Source: Schmidtea polychroa (taxonomy: Eukaryota). From it: a DNA stretch of 64,000 nucleotides. How positions within the stretch are numbered: the first letter of the stretch is position 1; each line of letters opens with the position of its first letter. Position numbers and translations under genes: made by a program. Below the pieces are notes generated by a model. The model worked only from the letters and a program-made list of their open reading frames with translations, was not told the origin of the DNA and searched no databases. The stretch spans positions 200,384,001 to 200,448,000 of the forward strand of contig CM097885.1 of assembly GCA_044892525.1 (NCBI GenBank). The letters run 5' to 3'. Shown piece by piece: positions 62,461 to 64,000 of this stretch.

Positions 62461-64000
62461 AGCATCAAACTGAAATTGTAATTGCGCCATGTTGTAGAGA
62501 ATTAAATTCTGCCTATACATTGTTACACTTAAATCTCGATCAGACATGTGAAAAGAGACATAAAAGAGAAAAAACAGTAGAGTAGTATGATGTGAGCTCC
62601 CCAGACCATGTCCCCTCCAGACCACATATACCCCCTCCCCCCCCCTCCCCCCCCCCGGTCTGAAAAATTTTATTTTTTTAGAACGATGCCTAATATTTTT
62701 AGAACTATTACGTAATCAATGCCTAATATTTTTAGAACGATGCCTAATATTTTTAGAACTATTACGTAATTTTTTTTTAAATTAAGTGATCCAGCGGGGA
62801 CCTACTTTTTTTCATCCCAAAAATTATTGTTCCCGCCAACATATTATATTGATCGATAGCTTATTTTAAAGCTCTGTGCAAGAACTTTCTAATGAGATAT
62901 AGATTTTTATCATACGATGACTCATCACATTTTTAGAACAAAGACAATGACTCATCACATTTTTAGAATGATGTCTAATATTTTAGAATGATGCCAAATA
63001 TTTTTAGAATGATGCCAAATATTTTTAGAACGATGCCTAATATTTTTAGAACTATTACGTAATCGATGTCTAATATTTTTAGAACGATGCCAAATATTTT
63101 TAGAATGGTGCCTAATATTTTTAGAACGATTACGTCATACTTTTAGAACGATGCCTAATATTTTTAGAACTATTACGTAATCAATGCCTAATATTTTTAG
63201 AACGATGCCTAATATTTTTAGAACTATTACGTAATCAATGCCTAATATTTTTAGAACGATGCCTAATATTTTTAGAACTATTACGTAATTTTTTTAAATT
63301 AATTGGTCCAGCGGTGACCTACTTTTTTTCTTCCCAAAAGTAATGTTTCCATCATCCGAATTTATTAATCAAACACTTATTTTAAAGCCCAGTGCAAAAT
63401 CTATATACTGATATATAAATATTATTATTAACATTATTTTACACACGGGGGGAGGGGGTATATGTGGCCGAGCGGGCTCCTGGCCGGGCGGGCCCACATC
63501 ATACTACTCTACTGTTTTTTCTCTTTTATGTCTCTTTTCACATGTCTGATCGAGATTTAAGTGTAACAATGTATAGGCAGAATTTAATTCTCTACAACAT
63601 GGCGCAATTACAATTTCAGTTTGATGCTTTGTGTGTAATGCACACATGTTTTTACAATAAATTTGTAGTTTTTCGCGCGGTTAACGTAATTTTCTTGGAT
63701 TTTTATTCATATATTATATAGATAAAATTTAATTTTCTATAAAATAGCTTGATTAAAAATTATGTCTCGTATGTTGTGTGTAATACACACATGTTTTTAT
63801 GATAAATTTGTATTTTTCGCGCGGTTAACGTAATTTTCTTAGGATTTTATTCATATAATATATAGATAAAATTTAATTTTCTATAAAATGGATTGATTAG
63901 AAATTATGTATCTTGTTTTGTGTGTAATACACACATGTTTTTACGATAAATTTGTATTTATTATACGTTAACGTAATTTCCTTGGATATTTATTCATATA
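62089..64000. repeat. Long inverted repeat: arms 62089-62642 and 63447-64000 (right arm cut by window end), axis 63044.5
   Basis: Coordinates pair with sum 126089; identical in all spot checks except a 27-nt block (62595-62621 vs 63468-63494). Confidence 0.95.
62677..63340. repeat. Spacer tandem array of GATGCCTAATATTTTTAGAAC with TATTACGTAATC inserts
   Basis: More than a dozen visible 21-mer variants; higher-order duplication 62677-62830 vs ~63200-63340. Confidence 0.9.

Noticed and set aside
62368-63721. Paired 85-aa ORFs in the inverted arms
   Set aside because: Mirror translations of repeat DNA; no motif.

Overview
Strongly AT-rich eukaryotic (metazoan-like) genomic DNA with very short spliceosomal introns (mostly 40-48 nt) and two assembly gaps (48200-48427, 56927-57066). 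Two host genes can be reconstructed exon by exon: INTS13/asunder (28091-31943, +) and WDR82/Swd2 (33418-34807, +). Most of the rest is mobile DNA. It includes a full-length piggyBac nested in a hAT MITE, a full-length hAT (Buster/Charlie-like) element with perfect TIR and TSD, several MITEs, and Tc1/hAT remnants. There is also a young 15.6-kb LTR composite with near-identical LTRs, a tRNA-Pro PBS and an intact gag but no visible pol, plus several older LTR relatives. Degenerate ASF1-like and TSP1/TM-like copies are present. The most unusual region is 57.5-64 kb: an apparently intact ~1236-aa Polinton/Maverick-type protein-primed DNA polymerase B gene carrying six inferred host-sized GT-AG introns, all phase 1, one of which appears to split the start codon. 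It has a TATA/Inr promoter and abuts a >550-bp inverted repeat built of tandem subrepeats around an ~800-bp repetitive spacer. All family assignments are by-eye motif recognition; no searches were run.
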